From positions 1-64,000 of the forward strand of contig JACQQD010000005.1 of the NCBI GenBank assembly GCA_016207165.1: a DNA stretch of 64,000 nucleotides. Reading direction: 5' to 3'. Positions 47,701-55,408 of the stretch are shown here, piece after piece. Below the pieces are notes generated by a model. The model saw only the letters and a list, made by a program, of their open reading frames with translations. It was not told the DNA's origin and did no database searches. The stretch is from Candidatus Micrarchaeota archaeon. Lineage in GTDB: Archaea; Micrarchaeota; Micrarchaeia; Norongarragalinales; Norongarragalinaceae. How positions within the stretch are numbered: position 1 is the stretch's first letter; the number at the start of each line of letters is the position of its first letter. The translations under genes were made by a program, and so were the position numbers.

Positions 47701-48630
47701 GCCACAGACGACGTCATCGGATCCAAGGCATTGGCATTTGAAACCAGCGTCCTGCCGTTGACGAAAGCCAAGGGCACGGGCGCCACGCGAATCATATCGT
47801 ATGCGTTTCAGTTTAACGGCTTTAGGTGGCCGAACGGTAAACCTGCGATGGGCAAAACAGGTTCAGGCAAATACTACGTAAAAATTACCCTCGTTTCAGA
47901 AGGAAAAACCGTAGAAGAATTCGAAGGCGTCGACAAAACGAGCTTGCAGTTCACTATTGCCAAGCAATTGGCTCTGGATGCGACCTCGCAAATCCTTGAG
48001 AAAAACCCAGTCGGATACCCGCCGGGATCCTACATCGTATTGTTGACAAAGAAAGAATTGTCCAGTGGCTTGGGTCCACCCGTAACACTTGAATTTGGTG
48101 ATGGAGCGACCAAAAAAACGCTGGCTTTGCATTACCTATACTACCGGCAAGCACACGTCTCAATTTTCAGCGGTGAAGGAACAGATTCGCAAATTGCATG
48201 CGGGTATTACTGGCTTGGGCGGGGCAGTGACATGCGGTTGGAAACGAACTGGGGCAGTTCAATACCCGCAACAACGGCCGCGACGCTAACAGGAATCGGT
48301 GTGACCGGAGCCGGTGTTCTGCACGTAACAGGAATTGCAGGCGCCGCGACGGCCGGGACTGGATTCGCATTGGGAAGCATCCCGACCATTGCAGCACTGA
48401 TTCCAGGTCCAGGATGGGCCGCAATTGCAATAGGAGGCGTAGTTGCCGGCGGAGTGGTAGCCTATAATTACTTCAAGTCGGATACGGTCACCTGTGGCAA
48501 CGCGGGACTCAAAGTGACACTCAAGCTGGCGACGTTCCCACCCGGAGCTACATACGAAACGGGCTGGAAATGGGGCCGAGGATACGAAAATGCGCGAGTG
48601 GTCCTAATCGTGTCTCCAGTCACCTCGTAA
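41776..48630 (+). CDS. Giant surface protein (2284 aa) with carboxypeptidase-regulatory/CnaB-like beta-sandwich repeats
   Basis: N-terminal TM; repeated V-x-D-x2-G-x-(P/A)-V..A-x-V...TD-x2-G motifs; Q/N/Y/P-rich insert; Gly/Ala-rich hydrophobic C-terminal segment. Confidence 0.88.
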   Translation: MADLKEQYEAWMTSLEEKGIPQPRLLVPLLVVVIAAGLLFYAVPNLFTPQSTVTFTVQNEEGQAVPNAAVELTANTETKTSQTDALGKVSFTVPADQRLRVKVTHSKYEEYINNQFSYTQSQVRLQAKFAAAEQSYTVQVVSDQGSPLQDALVVFSLDDGTSRIQTTDALGQAQINVNLPNHISIKVTKEGYKTEQESVAASDQSPRREVTLRKIQDEKPQTRTVTQLVRVEDQNGNAVDDVRVTLLDETTQIAFDTAYTDAFGQSRFDDVDASKRFTVSVVDDRERFSAYATPFAYTASNSEAITVRLTAVQREKQLQITVKDDKANSVADATVRVYDRAKKHFISSKATDSAGKAVFQLEAESAYVTVYSEGFLPEVFFAKNTDEKTVTLKSAEGATVQVEVTVQKQLDPQPNADVQLFSSDGFPLGVPEQATGTDGIATFQIPRKNQGFYAEAALGLDLGRSDIAVASNDAELFIHLESPKATLKVNVRDAGTKQKTSQAVVRLVDSTTKAECTTTNGSCTLNVPTDVEFRVLVEHPQYLPYQSALQFIPAGTPNQDHDVALYPKALTDGAAVSFQGFFTSEGQRVHETGNAQRLEARFAVTLPVAKPEDAARFTVWVGQNDVDQNNAGILSVDGPDSFYTGTTPLQACNPSENLAEDLGLAQWAVFDFPNGFSGTQQVILDVFVKPDAKASDDVVLEYRLHGIRNNLPVTVPLDAEKLQSLLGGTVTDADFCGAKTQTQKLPIAKDVLTCDENLCQKAVFETADGTRLTNAPEITLGQTFTLDLAFVGLQSGVAQVTVDAPESVDLLSLQPLTPSTNANNSELATNRLTLPLDAAAGEKAELQLKAKAVRATPFAELLVTVQDVDGFETEIRKNVLVSGTNRFSVQTNPEELEAGLQQLLRVTVKDQLQRPIEDAVVTLYECDGVPLNGQELEITENQNGVYTQRMEPSSLGIIGVRVQHIEFKTFDECILPVTATDFLEAEPESLTLTGDTKTESVTEKITVSSLIDVKSKLSSTISCSDENDEKASAPFTVSPKALTLKDTATVDLTAKKTTFKGRCDVVFTAKANNDNIAAAIVAVQVDLKGPPKPEELCPQTARCLPPSDGRELRCTASRLLCDDETLSCFQCNLGPQTIPSQISLSVSNFQSDDVKTFAVALEDQPEECRVEGFKNNPALSPYGPSNPYSQNPFQQYQNPYYSPYQSTNFNYWNYQPNGYQHYPTNPFDVATPEERQGDFQSLLSQLSPYCQRFLHQYTPYNAYQNYYGTNYQDPWNTQGSPYQSQYQYPQTSQYQYSQNRPTVSVTATCTRTEIVVSAQYTGGDQQFGAGLGGQQRGILLVRAGGQTKQVPVTVQVQTPSQPGFFPQGYPTSQIPPQCLYELQQLQQKQQTQEEGLDASGLPDAIDVYYNKYTGKGGWERELKPPQNAQDLQRTQPTGSKARVTVGYTGNKLRVDVQCPVDKEGAVDCGGTAEFQATWRIGQVQQTQKKRTIRFLEDPFSPAVLQLVVGQTGKDAAQYSVQANTDFSKAKCQGVSGVTCSGDSITATTSTAINKDLEISGTDDFAIRFIPVRASTIQNRVDINLEDKQSDAVTIAFQPKLLVEPTCEPDEKLKTVLTIEKCTKDGVVLKAARPPSTEPVSGTIKFSFADSVRATTDNPPSITVVVTRTEPKRPTINSVEPRIAGQESTIVYTFPDGSDAEKSKITVTLKKTDGTDAGTKEFKKADGLAQSGSIKYTPQVVGTLNVQAVTEINGKEVKSDVFPAEITVKEQAQTTDTTTPGKSTDSGILSNLQVSKPSGPVPMTITATFAGEKTTWKKYVLSVQADASNKITPFESQTKDVDFSGTTFTLKLYPNTPAITSGAYDEIKTLLEKHGKATFTLEALDASNKVIGKSSIEKTAADLGFTASTAPTSPSAPGTTTGAYFVAASLDASQHAVVSGSESVEQRITMRFNKEALDKLNSPGLKFSIHYSEDLEATDDVIGSKALAFETSVLPLTKAKGTGATRIISYAFQFNGFRWPNGKPAMGKTGSGKYYVKITLVSEGKTVEEFEGVDKTSLQFTIAKQLALDATSQILEKNPVGYPPGSYIVLLTKKELSSGLGPPVTLEFGDGATKKTLALHYLYYRQAHVSIFSGEGTDSQIACGYYWLGRGSDMRLETNWGSSIPATTAATLTGIGVTGAGVLHVTGIAGAATAGTGFALGSIPTIAALIPGPGWAAIAIGGVVAGGVVAYNYFKSDTVTCGNAGLKVTLKLATFPPGATYETGWKWGRGYENARVVLIVSPVTS

Positions 48631-48665
48631 ACATTTAATGAATGCAGTGAGTGCCGGGAAGCCTG

Positions 48666-48705
48666 AGCCCGACGCAATCCAGCGCGGGCTGTCGGGGAAA
48701 ATCAC
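48666..48705 (+). repeat. Degenerate 40-bp copy of the ndk 5' coding region (49078-49117)
   Basis: agcccgacgcaatccagcgcgggctgtcggggaaaatcac versus agcccgacgcggtccagcgcgggctcttgggaaaaatcac: 35/40 identical by manual alignment. Confidence 0.8.
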
Positions 48706-48770
48706 GTTGCATTCGAAAAAGCCATCGGGATTAAAAACGTTCAAGCAAACAAGTAAATGAAGGGATTTGA

Positions 48771-48971
48771 ATGACGGCGACCATTACGCTTCCCGTGCCG
48801 GTGGTTCGGGACTTGAACCGCAAACTGTCGGAGTTGGAGGAAATCCTGGAAACCATTGAAATTCTTTCCGACGAGCAGCTTGTGGCGGGCATTGAAAAAG
48901 GCCAGAAAGACATCAAAGAAGGCCGATACAAGAAAATCAATTCCTTAAAAGAATTGGATTTTTTGGGCTGA
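48771..48971 (+). CDS. Antitoxin-like protein (RelB/Phd C-terminal type)
   Basis: ETIEILSDEQLVAGIEKGQKDIKEGR pattern typical of type II antitoxins. Confidence 0.7.
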   Translation: MTATITLPVPVVRDLNRKLSELEEILETIEILSDEQLVAGIEKGQKDIKEGRYKKINSLKELDFLG

Positions 48972-48980
48972 ACGGACAAC

Positions 48981-49019
48981 ATGCCGCTGATCTTGTCCGA
49001 CGAATTCCAGAAAGACTAA
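48981..49019 (+). pseudogene. Possible truncated RelE-like toxin remnant (MPLILSDEFQKD*)
   Basis: Directly after the antitoxin; resembles a RelE N-terminus; only 12 codons. Confidence 0.35.
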
Positions 49020-49052
49020 GACGTGTACAAGTAAAAAAAACGGAAAAGGCCA

Positions 49053-49517
49053 ATGGAACAAACATTCGTCTTGTTAAAGCCCGACGCGGTCCAGCGCGGG
49101 CTCTTGGGAAAAATCACTTCCCGTCTCGAGGAGAAAGGCCTGCAATTGGTGGGGTTGAAGATGATCGTCTTGGGGGATGCGGTCTTGGACGAGCACTACG
49201 CGCACCTGAAAGACAAGCCGTTCTTTGCTGGAACCAAGAAGTTCATGAAGTCCGCTCCCGTCGTGGCGTCAGTTTGGCAAGGCAAAAACGCCGTTGCGGT
49301 GGTCAGAAAGCTTTGCGGCGTGACGAATTCGCGGGACGCCGAACCGGGAACCATTCGCGGCGACTTGGGCATGAGCATCCAATGCAACTTGGTGCACGCG
49401 TCGGATTCCGTGGAAACCGCCAAGGCGGAAGTCAAGCGCTTTTTCAAACCCAATGAGCTCCACGCGTACAAGAAGACGTTGGACGCGCTCTCGTATTCAG
49501 AGGACGAACGACAATAA
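49053..49517 (+). CDS. ndk: Nucleoside diphosphate kinase
   Basis: KPDAVQRGL, HYAHL, PGTIRGD, NLVHASDS. Confidence 0.97.
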   Translation: MEQTFVLLKPDAVQRGLLGKITSRLEEKGLQLVGLKMIVLGDAVLDEHYAHLKDKPFFAGTKKFMKSAPVVASVWQGKNAVAVVRKLCGVTNSRDAEPGTIRGDLGMSIQCNLVHASDSVETAKAEVKRFFKPNELHAYKKTLDALSYSEDERQ

Positions 49518-49523
49518 GCCAAC

Positions 49524-49582
49524 TACCCACGAATTTGACTTACCCACAAATCTTATTAACCCACGAAATCATTGAGTGGGTT
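49524..49582 (+). promoter_or_regulatory. Probable autoregulatory operator of the AbrB/VapC module
   Basis: (T/A)ACCCAC at 49524, 49541 and 49558 (17-bp period) plus inverted GTGGGTT at 49576, directly upstream of the AbrB-type gene. Confidence 0.6.
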
Positions 49583-49595
49583 GGAGGAGGGCTAA

Positions 49596-49829
49596 ATGGG
49601 TGAGTTTGTGAGGATGGATGACAGGCGGCGGGTGACGTTGCCTCTGGAGATGGCGGAACTGTTTTCGGAGGGCATCATTCGCGTCAAAAAACAGAAAGAC
49701 AAAGTGGTGTTGGAGCCGGTGCATGACCCGTTCGGGAAATTCAAGGGGCTCTTGAAGGCCAAAAAACCCATTCGGGAACTCCGGGACGAGTTGGATGGGG
49801 AGCTGTCCGCCGGAGAGATTGGATTGTGA
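49596..49829 (+). CDS. AbrB/MazE/SpoVT-family antitoxin
   Basis: VRMDDRRRVTLP...VVLEPV; overlaps the PIN toxin start. Confidence 0.85.
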   Translation: MGEFVRMDDRRRVTLPLEMAELFSEGIIRVKKQKDKVVLEPVHDPFGKFKGLLKAKKPIRELRDELDGELSAGEIGL

Positions 49830-50284
49830 GCAGCATGCACTTGGTTGAATGCGACTTGATTACCTCGTTGGCCGGTCACGGGAGCCATCAGGAAACGGCG
49901 CGCCGGCTTTTCAACGCCTGTGCCGCCGGAAAAATCCAGTTGACAGCCAGCGTCCAGGCGTTCCAAGAAATGGATTTGCTGATCAAGCAAGGCAAAATAA
50001 AGATTGAAGTGCCGGCGGAAACGTTTTTTAGCGAGTTATTGGACTCGTTTGCGCAATTTGGAGTGCACGAATTGCCGTTGGCGGGGGCGGACACTTCCAA
50101 CAGCATTCGGTTTCGGAAAAAGTATAGGTTAACGTTCAATGACTCCTATTACGTGGCGCAAGCCTATCGGACAGGGTACACGTTGCTGTCCCACGATCAA
50201 CGGTACTCTTCCATCAAGGAAATCAAGACCGAGCACCCCCGTGACGCGTTGAAACGCCTTGAAGAGGGAAAGACGGCGTGGTGA
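49826..50284 (+). CDS. PIN-domain (VapC-like) toxin
   Basis: [23 protein letters not shown]. Confidence 0.8.
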   Translation: MSSMHLVECDLITSLAGHGSHQETARRLFNACAAGKIQLTASVQAFQEMDLLIKQGKIKIEVPAETFFSELLDSFAQFGVHELPLAGADTSNSIRFRKKYRLTFNDSYYVAQAYRTGYTLLSHDQRYSSIKEIKTEHPRDALKRLEEGKTAW

Positions 50285-50715
50285 CCGTCATCAAAGTCCG
50301 CCTCGAAAAAGGCCAACTGCCGAAATACATGTCCAGCCACGCCTCCGGCGCCGACGTGTTTGCGGCCAACGCCGAACCCATCGTGTTGAAACCCGGGGAT
50401 TTCGCGCGCGTGCCGACGGGACTGCACGTCGAGATTCCGGAAGGATTTGAAATCCAGGTGCGGCCAAGAAGTGGATTGGCTTTCAAACACGGAGTCACCA
50501 TCCTGAACGCGCCGGGCACCATTGACGCGGATTACCGGGGCGAAGTGCAAATCCTCTTGGTGAACCTGGGGAAAGATGCATTTACAATCCAAAAAGGCGA
50601 GCGCATCGCGCAACTGGTCGTCGCCAAAGTCGATCAAGCGCATTTCGAGGAAAGCCAAGCGTTGTCTGACACCAAACGCGGGCACGGCGGATTCGGCTCC
50701 ACCGGAAAACACTAA
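50278..50715 (+). CDS. dut: dUTPase (trimeric, bacterial-type)
   Basis: [37 protein letters not shown]. Confidence 0.96.
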   Translation: MVTVIKVRLEKGQLPKYMSSHASGADVFAANAEPIVLKPGDFARVPTGLHVEIPEGFEIQVRPRSGLAFKHGVTILNAPGTIDADYRGEVQILLVNLGKDAFTIQKGERIAQLVVAKVDQAHFEESQALSDTKRGHGGFGSTGKH

Positions 50716-50791
50716 CCCCCCCGTGAATTCTGCCAAAACGATTCGAAACCGCGTCCAAGCGCAAAGACAGGGGGCTCTAACCCAAAAAAAG

Positions 50792-51331
50792 TTAACGGCG
50801 CACTACCGCGTCAAAAAGCGCGACGGGGTCCGAAGAATAGTGGGCCTTGGCTTTTCTTCGGCGCGCCAGCGTTTGTTCCAATGTTTTGACGAACGACGCG
50901 GCACCCGGAGAATTCAAAACGCCCAACGGCTTTTCCGTTTCAAAGACCAAAGCCAATTCGCTCAGCGTCCCCCAACTGCCTTCCACGCAGAACACCCCGT
51001 CCGCGTCGTCAATCAAATGTGCGGAACGCCACGTAAAGTTTTTCACGTTGGACCAGTTTTTGTCCCCAAAGTACCGGATTTCCGTGAAAGCATCCAATGG
51101 CGAGGAAAACGAATGCACGTGGTGCTTTTCGTCTTGGGCCGGCGAGTAGCCAACCGTTTTTTCGCCGGAAAGGTGCGCGGCTTGGACCGCCGCATGCGGA
51201 TACCCCGGACACGCACCGGACAAAAGCGTTAAGCCCTTCCCGGCGATGCGTTTTCCAAGCACTCGGCATTGTTCCAACAGTTTTTCGTCAAACGGCGGCG
51301 TAGAGCGGCCGATGACGGCAACGGTTTTCAT
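50792..51331 (-). CDS. SLOG/LOG-family nucleotide-binding protein
   Basis: VAVIG, SGACPGYP, GYSP, R...GSWGTLSE motifs. Confidence 0.8.
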   Translation of the reverse strand: MKTVAVIGRSTPPFDEKLLEQCRVLGKRIAGKGLTLLSGACPGYPHAAVQAAHLSGEKTVGYSPAQDEKHHVHSFSSPLDAFTEIRYFGDKNWSNVKNFTWRSAHLIDDADGVFCVEGSWGTLSELALVFETEKPLGVLNSPGAASFVKTLEQTLARRRKAKAHYSSDPVALFDAVVRR

Positions 51332-51400
51332 GGGAAACACGGTTTTATAGGACGGAAAAGAAAAGGGTAATGGTCAAAGGCTTTTTTTCGGTGAAACGAC

Positions 51401-53179
51401 ATGTTGCGTCAACCCATCGTGTGCATTTTAGGACATGTGGACCACGGTAAAACTTCACTCCTTGACTCCATCCGCCAGACGCGGGTGGCCGCCAGGGAAG
51501 TCGGCCACATCACCCAGCACATCGGCGCATCGGAGATCCCGTTGGATGCCATCCAGTCCTTCTGCAAGGCGGTCCTGGAGAAAATGCCGTTGAAGTTCAC
51601 CATTCCGGGCTTGCTGTTCATCGACACGCCGGGCCACGACGCGTTAGCGAAATAGCGTCGACGCGGCGGCAGCATCGCCGACATCGCCGTTCTGGTCGTG
51701 GACGCGACCAAGGGCGTTGAGCCGCAGACCGTGGAGGCCATCGAAATCCTCAAAGAGTACAAGACGCCGTTTTTGGTGGCGTTCAACAAACTGGACGCCT
51801 TGTCAGGCTGGAAAATGGGGGGCGCGTCGTTTAGCGAGTCTTTTTCCCGGCAGGCCCCGCACGTCCAAGAGGACTTGGACGCCCGCATCTACCGATTGAT
51901 CGGGAAACTCTACGAATACGGCTTCAACGCCGACCGCTTCGACCGCGTCGAGGACTTCACCAAACAGATCCTCATCGTGCCCGTCTCGGCCAAAACCAAG
52001 GAAGGGCTCAGCGAGCTGTTGTTGTACGTGGCCGGATTGGCGCAACGCTTCCTGGAAAAACGGTTGGAACTGCATTCCGACGAGAAAGCCAAAGGCAGCA
52101 TCCTGGAAGTCAAGGAAGAGCAAGGACTGGGAACGACGTTGGACGTCATTTTGTACGACGGAATCCTGCACGCCCACGACTCCATCGCCTTTTCTTCAGT
52201 GGATGGGCCAGTCACCGCGTCCGTCAAGGCCCTGCTTAAACCCCAAGCCATGGACGAAATGCGTGACCCCCGGCACAAATTCGCCTCGGTCAAAAGCGTT
52301 TCCGCGGCCGCTGGCGTGAAAATCGCGTGCGAGCACGCGGATTCCGCGGTCGCCGGGTCAAGCCTGTTTGGCGTAGATGAAACAACCAAAAAACAGGCGC
52401 TGGCACATCTTTCCGAAGAACTTTCGGGGCTGGTGTTTGAAAGCGACACGCAAGGCGTGGTTCTGAAAGCCGATTCCCTGGGGAGTCTGGAAGCCATCAT
52501 CAAATTGTTCCGAAGCCACGGCATACCCGTCAAGAAAGCCGGCATCGGCAAAGTGACTAAAAACGACGTGGCGCTCGCCTCCGCCATCAAACAAACCAAA
52601 CCATTCTTGGGCGTGGTCTTCTCGTTCCACCAAAAAACCGACGAGGATCTCCTGAAGCTCGCCGAACGCGACGGCGTGGCCGTGTTCCAAGAAAGCATCA
52701 TCTACAACCTCTTGGAGGGCTACACGCAGTGGAAGGACGCCGAAGAAGCCAAGACGCGACGCGAGGCGTTCTCATCATTGTCCCTTCCAGCCAAAATCAA
52801 GGTGCTTTCCGGCCACTGCTTCCGCGCCTCCAGCCCCTGCATCACCGGCGTTGAAGTCTTGGGCGGACGCATTCGAAAAGGCGTGGCCTTGATCAACGAA
52901 AACGGTGAGGTGGTGGGCACCATCCGCGCCATCCAGGACAACAAGAAGCCCGTGGACGAAGCCAAAACCGGAAAGCAGTTGGCCGTCAGCATCGACGGAC
53001 CCGTCTTCGGCCGCCAAATCCAGGAAAAACAGGAGCTTTACGTCGACATCGACAAAGAGTCCGCCAAGATTTTGGAATCCAAGTACGCCGACGCGCTTTC
53101 CGCGGAAGAACACGAACTATTAAAAGAAATCAAGAAAATCAAGGGATTCCTCTTCACGCCAAGCGAGCCGAAGCGTTAA
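51401..53179 (+). CDS. infB: Translation initiation factor aIF5B/IF2, with in-frame TAG at 51653-51655
   Basis: [20 protein letters not shown], then [18 protein letters not shown]; both fragments in the same frame. Confidence 0.93.
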
Positions 53180-53242
53180 AAACCCGCTTCCGCCAACAAA
53201 AATACCGCTTTACGGCTTTCAACGCTTAATCGACAGGTGAGA

Positions 53243-53728
53243 ATGATGAAATTGGTGTTCAACGACCCCAACACGGGCCACTCGTTCCAGAAGGAAATCG
53301 AAAAAGACAAGACGGGCCAGCTCTTGGGCAAGAAAATCGGAGAAGAATTTTCCGGCTCCGTCGCGGGATTGGACGGCTATACCCTCAAGATCACCGGCGG
53401 ATCGCTTTCCGACGGCACGCCCATGCGGTTTGACATTCCCGGTTCCAACGCCACCAACGCCTTATTACCCAGTGGACCCGGAATCAACGAGAAAAAGTAT
53501 TTGGAAAAAGGCATGCGCGTCAAGAAGCGCGTGGCGGGCAGCACGGTTTCCCAAAACACGGCGCAAGTCAACGCCGTGATTTCCGCGCCCGGAGCCAAGC
53601 CCTTGACGGACTTCGGGTTTCTTTCCAAGAAGCAAGCCGAAACCAAAACAAAGGAAGAAAAGCCAGCGGACGCGTCCAAACCTGCCCCGGAAAAAAAATC
53701 AAGTAAATCCGCCGAACCCAACGCCTAA
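53243..53728 (+). CDS. rps6e: 30S ribosomal protein S6e
   Basis: KLVFNDP, GKKIGE, GYTLKITGGS..DGTPMR, QVN. Confidence 0.93.
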   Translation: MMKLVFNDPNTGHSFQKEIEKDKTGQLLGKKIGEEFSGSVAGLDGYTLKITGGSLSDGTPMRFDIPGSNATNALLPSGPGINEKKYLEKGMRVKKRVAGSTVSQNTAQVNAVISAPGAKPLTDFGFLSKKQAETKTKEEKPADASKPAPEKKSSKSAEPNA

Positions 53729-53813
53729 TTTTGTTACTACCAGTTAGAAACAACATGATGGAAAGGTTTTTATAGGGTTACCGCCAGGTTTCAATCCAAG
53801 GTGGATTGATTTT

Positions 53814-55214
53814 ATGGTGGGAGTCATTGAAGGAGTTTTGATCGTTGGAGCCCTGGGCTTGGACGTGTACGCGTACACGAAAATGAAGGAAGCGGAAAAC
53901 GCCGCCGATTCCGCGACCCGGGACCGCGAACGCGCTCGATTCAAGACCCACGTCACCGAAACCACCACCATCACCACGGCGACGCCCGCCGCGGCCGGCG
54001 CGACGGCTTCAGAGACCCGCGAAGAACAGCCCAGCCACCCCGCCGACTGGAAGCCAGTCACGTATGAAGGCTACGCGGAACCCGTCGCCCACGGCGAGGA
54101 CGTCAAGGACGAACTGCGTTTTATGCGGGACGAAATGAAGACGGAGTACAAGAAGATTCACGACCGCCTCGACGTCATCGACGAACGCCTCCACGAAGAG
54201 GATTCCAAGATTTCCGTCATGGAAACCAAGTTTACGCATTTGGACTCGGAAGTCGAGAAAGTCCGCCACGGCTCCGAGAACATGGAAATCGAACTGCCGG
54301 AAGAACAAATCGACGCCATCGTGGAAAAGAAATTGTCGACGAAGAACGAGCGGCTCAACAAGAAAGTCAAGGACCAGGAAAAACAACTCACACAACTGCA
54401 GACGAAATTGGACAACGCCTTGATTGCCGCCCCCGACGCCGTATCGATCAAAAAGGACTTGCGCTCGGAATTCGTGCCGCTGTTGTCAGAACCCAAGAAA
54501 CTCGTTGAAGACTACCGGACGAAAAGCGACAAGAAAATCAAGGAACTGGACGAGAAAATCGCTTCCCAGAAAGACGCGACCCTCCAGGAAGTCAGCGTGC
54601 ACGTCAAGAAGCTGGGTTCCTCGGCGCGCGACGCCAAGCGCATCAAAGACCAAGGCAAGAAGCTGGCCGAAGTGGAAGCCAAACTGGACTCGCACCTCAT
54701 CGCCGCCCCGGACGCCGTATTGATCAAGAAAGACTTGCGCGAGGAATTCTACCCGGTCCTAAAAGAACCCAAGGCGGCGCTGGAAGAACACCAGAAAGAA
54801 ACCGCGCAACGCCTCAAGGACGTCAACAAGCGCATCACCGAAGCCAAGGAAACCGCCTTGGAGGAAACCAAGACGCGCGTGAGCAAAGGCGAGTTTGAAC
54901 GCTCGATTTCCGCGCTGCGCCCCGGCCTCAAGAGGAAAGCCACCATCAAGGCCAAAACGGCTTCAAAGCCCAAGAAAGCCGCCAAGGCGAAAACCGTCAA
55001 GAAAGTTAAGCCCGCGAAAACAGTGGCCTCCAAAACCAGGAAGGCATCCAAGCCCTCCAAGAAAGCCGCCGCGAAAAAGCCGGCAAAAAGCGTGAAGAAA
55101 ACGCCTTCCAAGCGCACGGCCAAGTCGGCCAAAGGCGAAGTCACCGTGACGACCACGGTGCCGCGCGGCGTGGACGTCAGCACGGAAGTCGTGTCCGCCA
55201 AGAGCAAGAGTTAG
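53814..55214 (+). CDS. Membrane-anchored coiled-coil protein with 92-aa tandem repeat and Lys/Ala-rich tail
   Basis: N-terminal TM; LIAAPDAVxIKKDLR occurs twice, 276 nt apart; histone-H1-like KKAAAKKPAK tail. Confidence 0.8.
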   Translation: MVGVIEGVLIVGALGLDVYAYTKMKEAENAADSATRDRERARFKTHVTETTTITTATPAAAGATASETREEQPSHPADWKPVTYEGYAEPVAHGEDVKDELRFMRDEMKTEYKKIHDRLDVIDERLHEEDSKISVMETKFTHLDSEVEKVRHGSENMEIELPEEQIDAIVEKKLSTKNERLNKKVKDQEKQLTQLQTKLDNALIAAPDAVSIKKDLRSEFVPLLSEPKKLVEDYRTKSDKKIKELDEKIASQKDATLQEVSVHVKKLGSSARDAKRIKDQGKKLAEVEAKLDSHLIAAPDAVLIKKDLREEFYPVLKEPKAALEEHQKETAQRLKDVNKRITEAKETALEETKTRVSKGEFERSISALRPGLKRKATIKAKTASKPKKAAKAKTVKKVKPAKTVASKTRKASKPSKKAAAKKPAKSVKKTPSKRTAKSAKGEVTVTTTVPRGVDVSTEVVSAKSKS

Positions 55215-55215
55215 C

Positions 55216-55359
55216 ATGAGCATCTGGTCCATCGTCATCCTCCTGGCCTTGTTGGTCGAGGAATTCCGCAACATGCTGTTCTATTGGCTCGGCGGATTGG
55301 ATGCGACGGCCCTCATCGTCCTGTTTGTCCTCGTCTTCAACTGGTACTACCGCTGGTGA
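55216..55359 (+). CDS. Small membrane protein (47 aa)
   Basis: ATG immediately after the previous stop; two hydrophobic segments; below the ORF-track cut-off. Confidence 0.55.
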   Translation: MSIWSIVILLALLVEEFRNMLFYWLGGLDATALIVLFVLVFNWYYRW

Positions 55360-55408
55360 ACTTTTTTTAAAATCGCTTTTTCGCCAGCCGCCAAATCGTA
55401 TGCCAAGT

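Noticed and set aside
51653-51655. Genome-wide amber recoding or pyrrolysine as the explanation for the infB TAG
   Set aside because: TAG terminates lysS, eif2g, adk and rpoE1 at their expected ends; the adjacent conserved residues are also altered; no pyl genes are in the window.
51630-51670. A BHB intron explaining the infB stop
   Set aside because: The segment has exactly the canonical length between DTPGH and RRGG, so there is no extra sequence to splice out.
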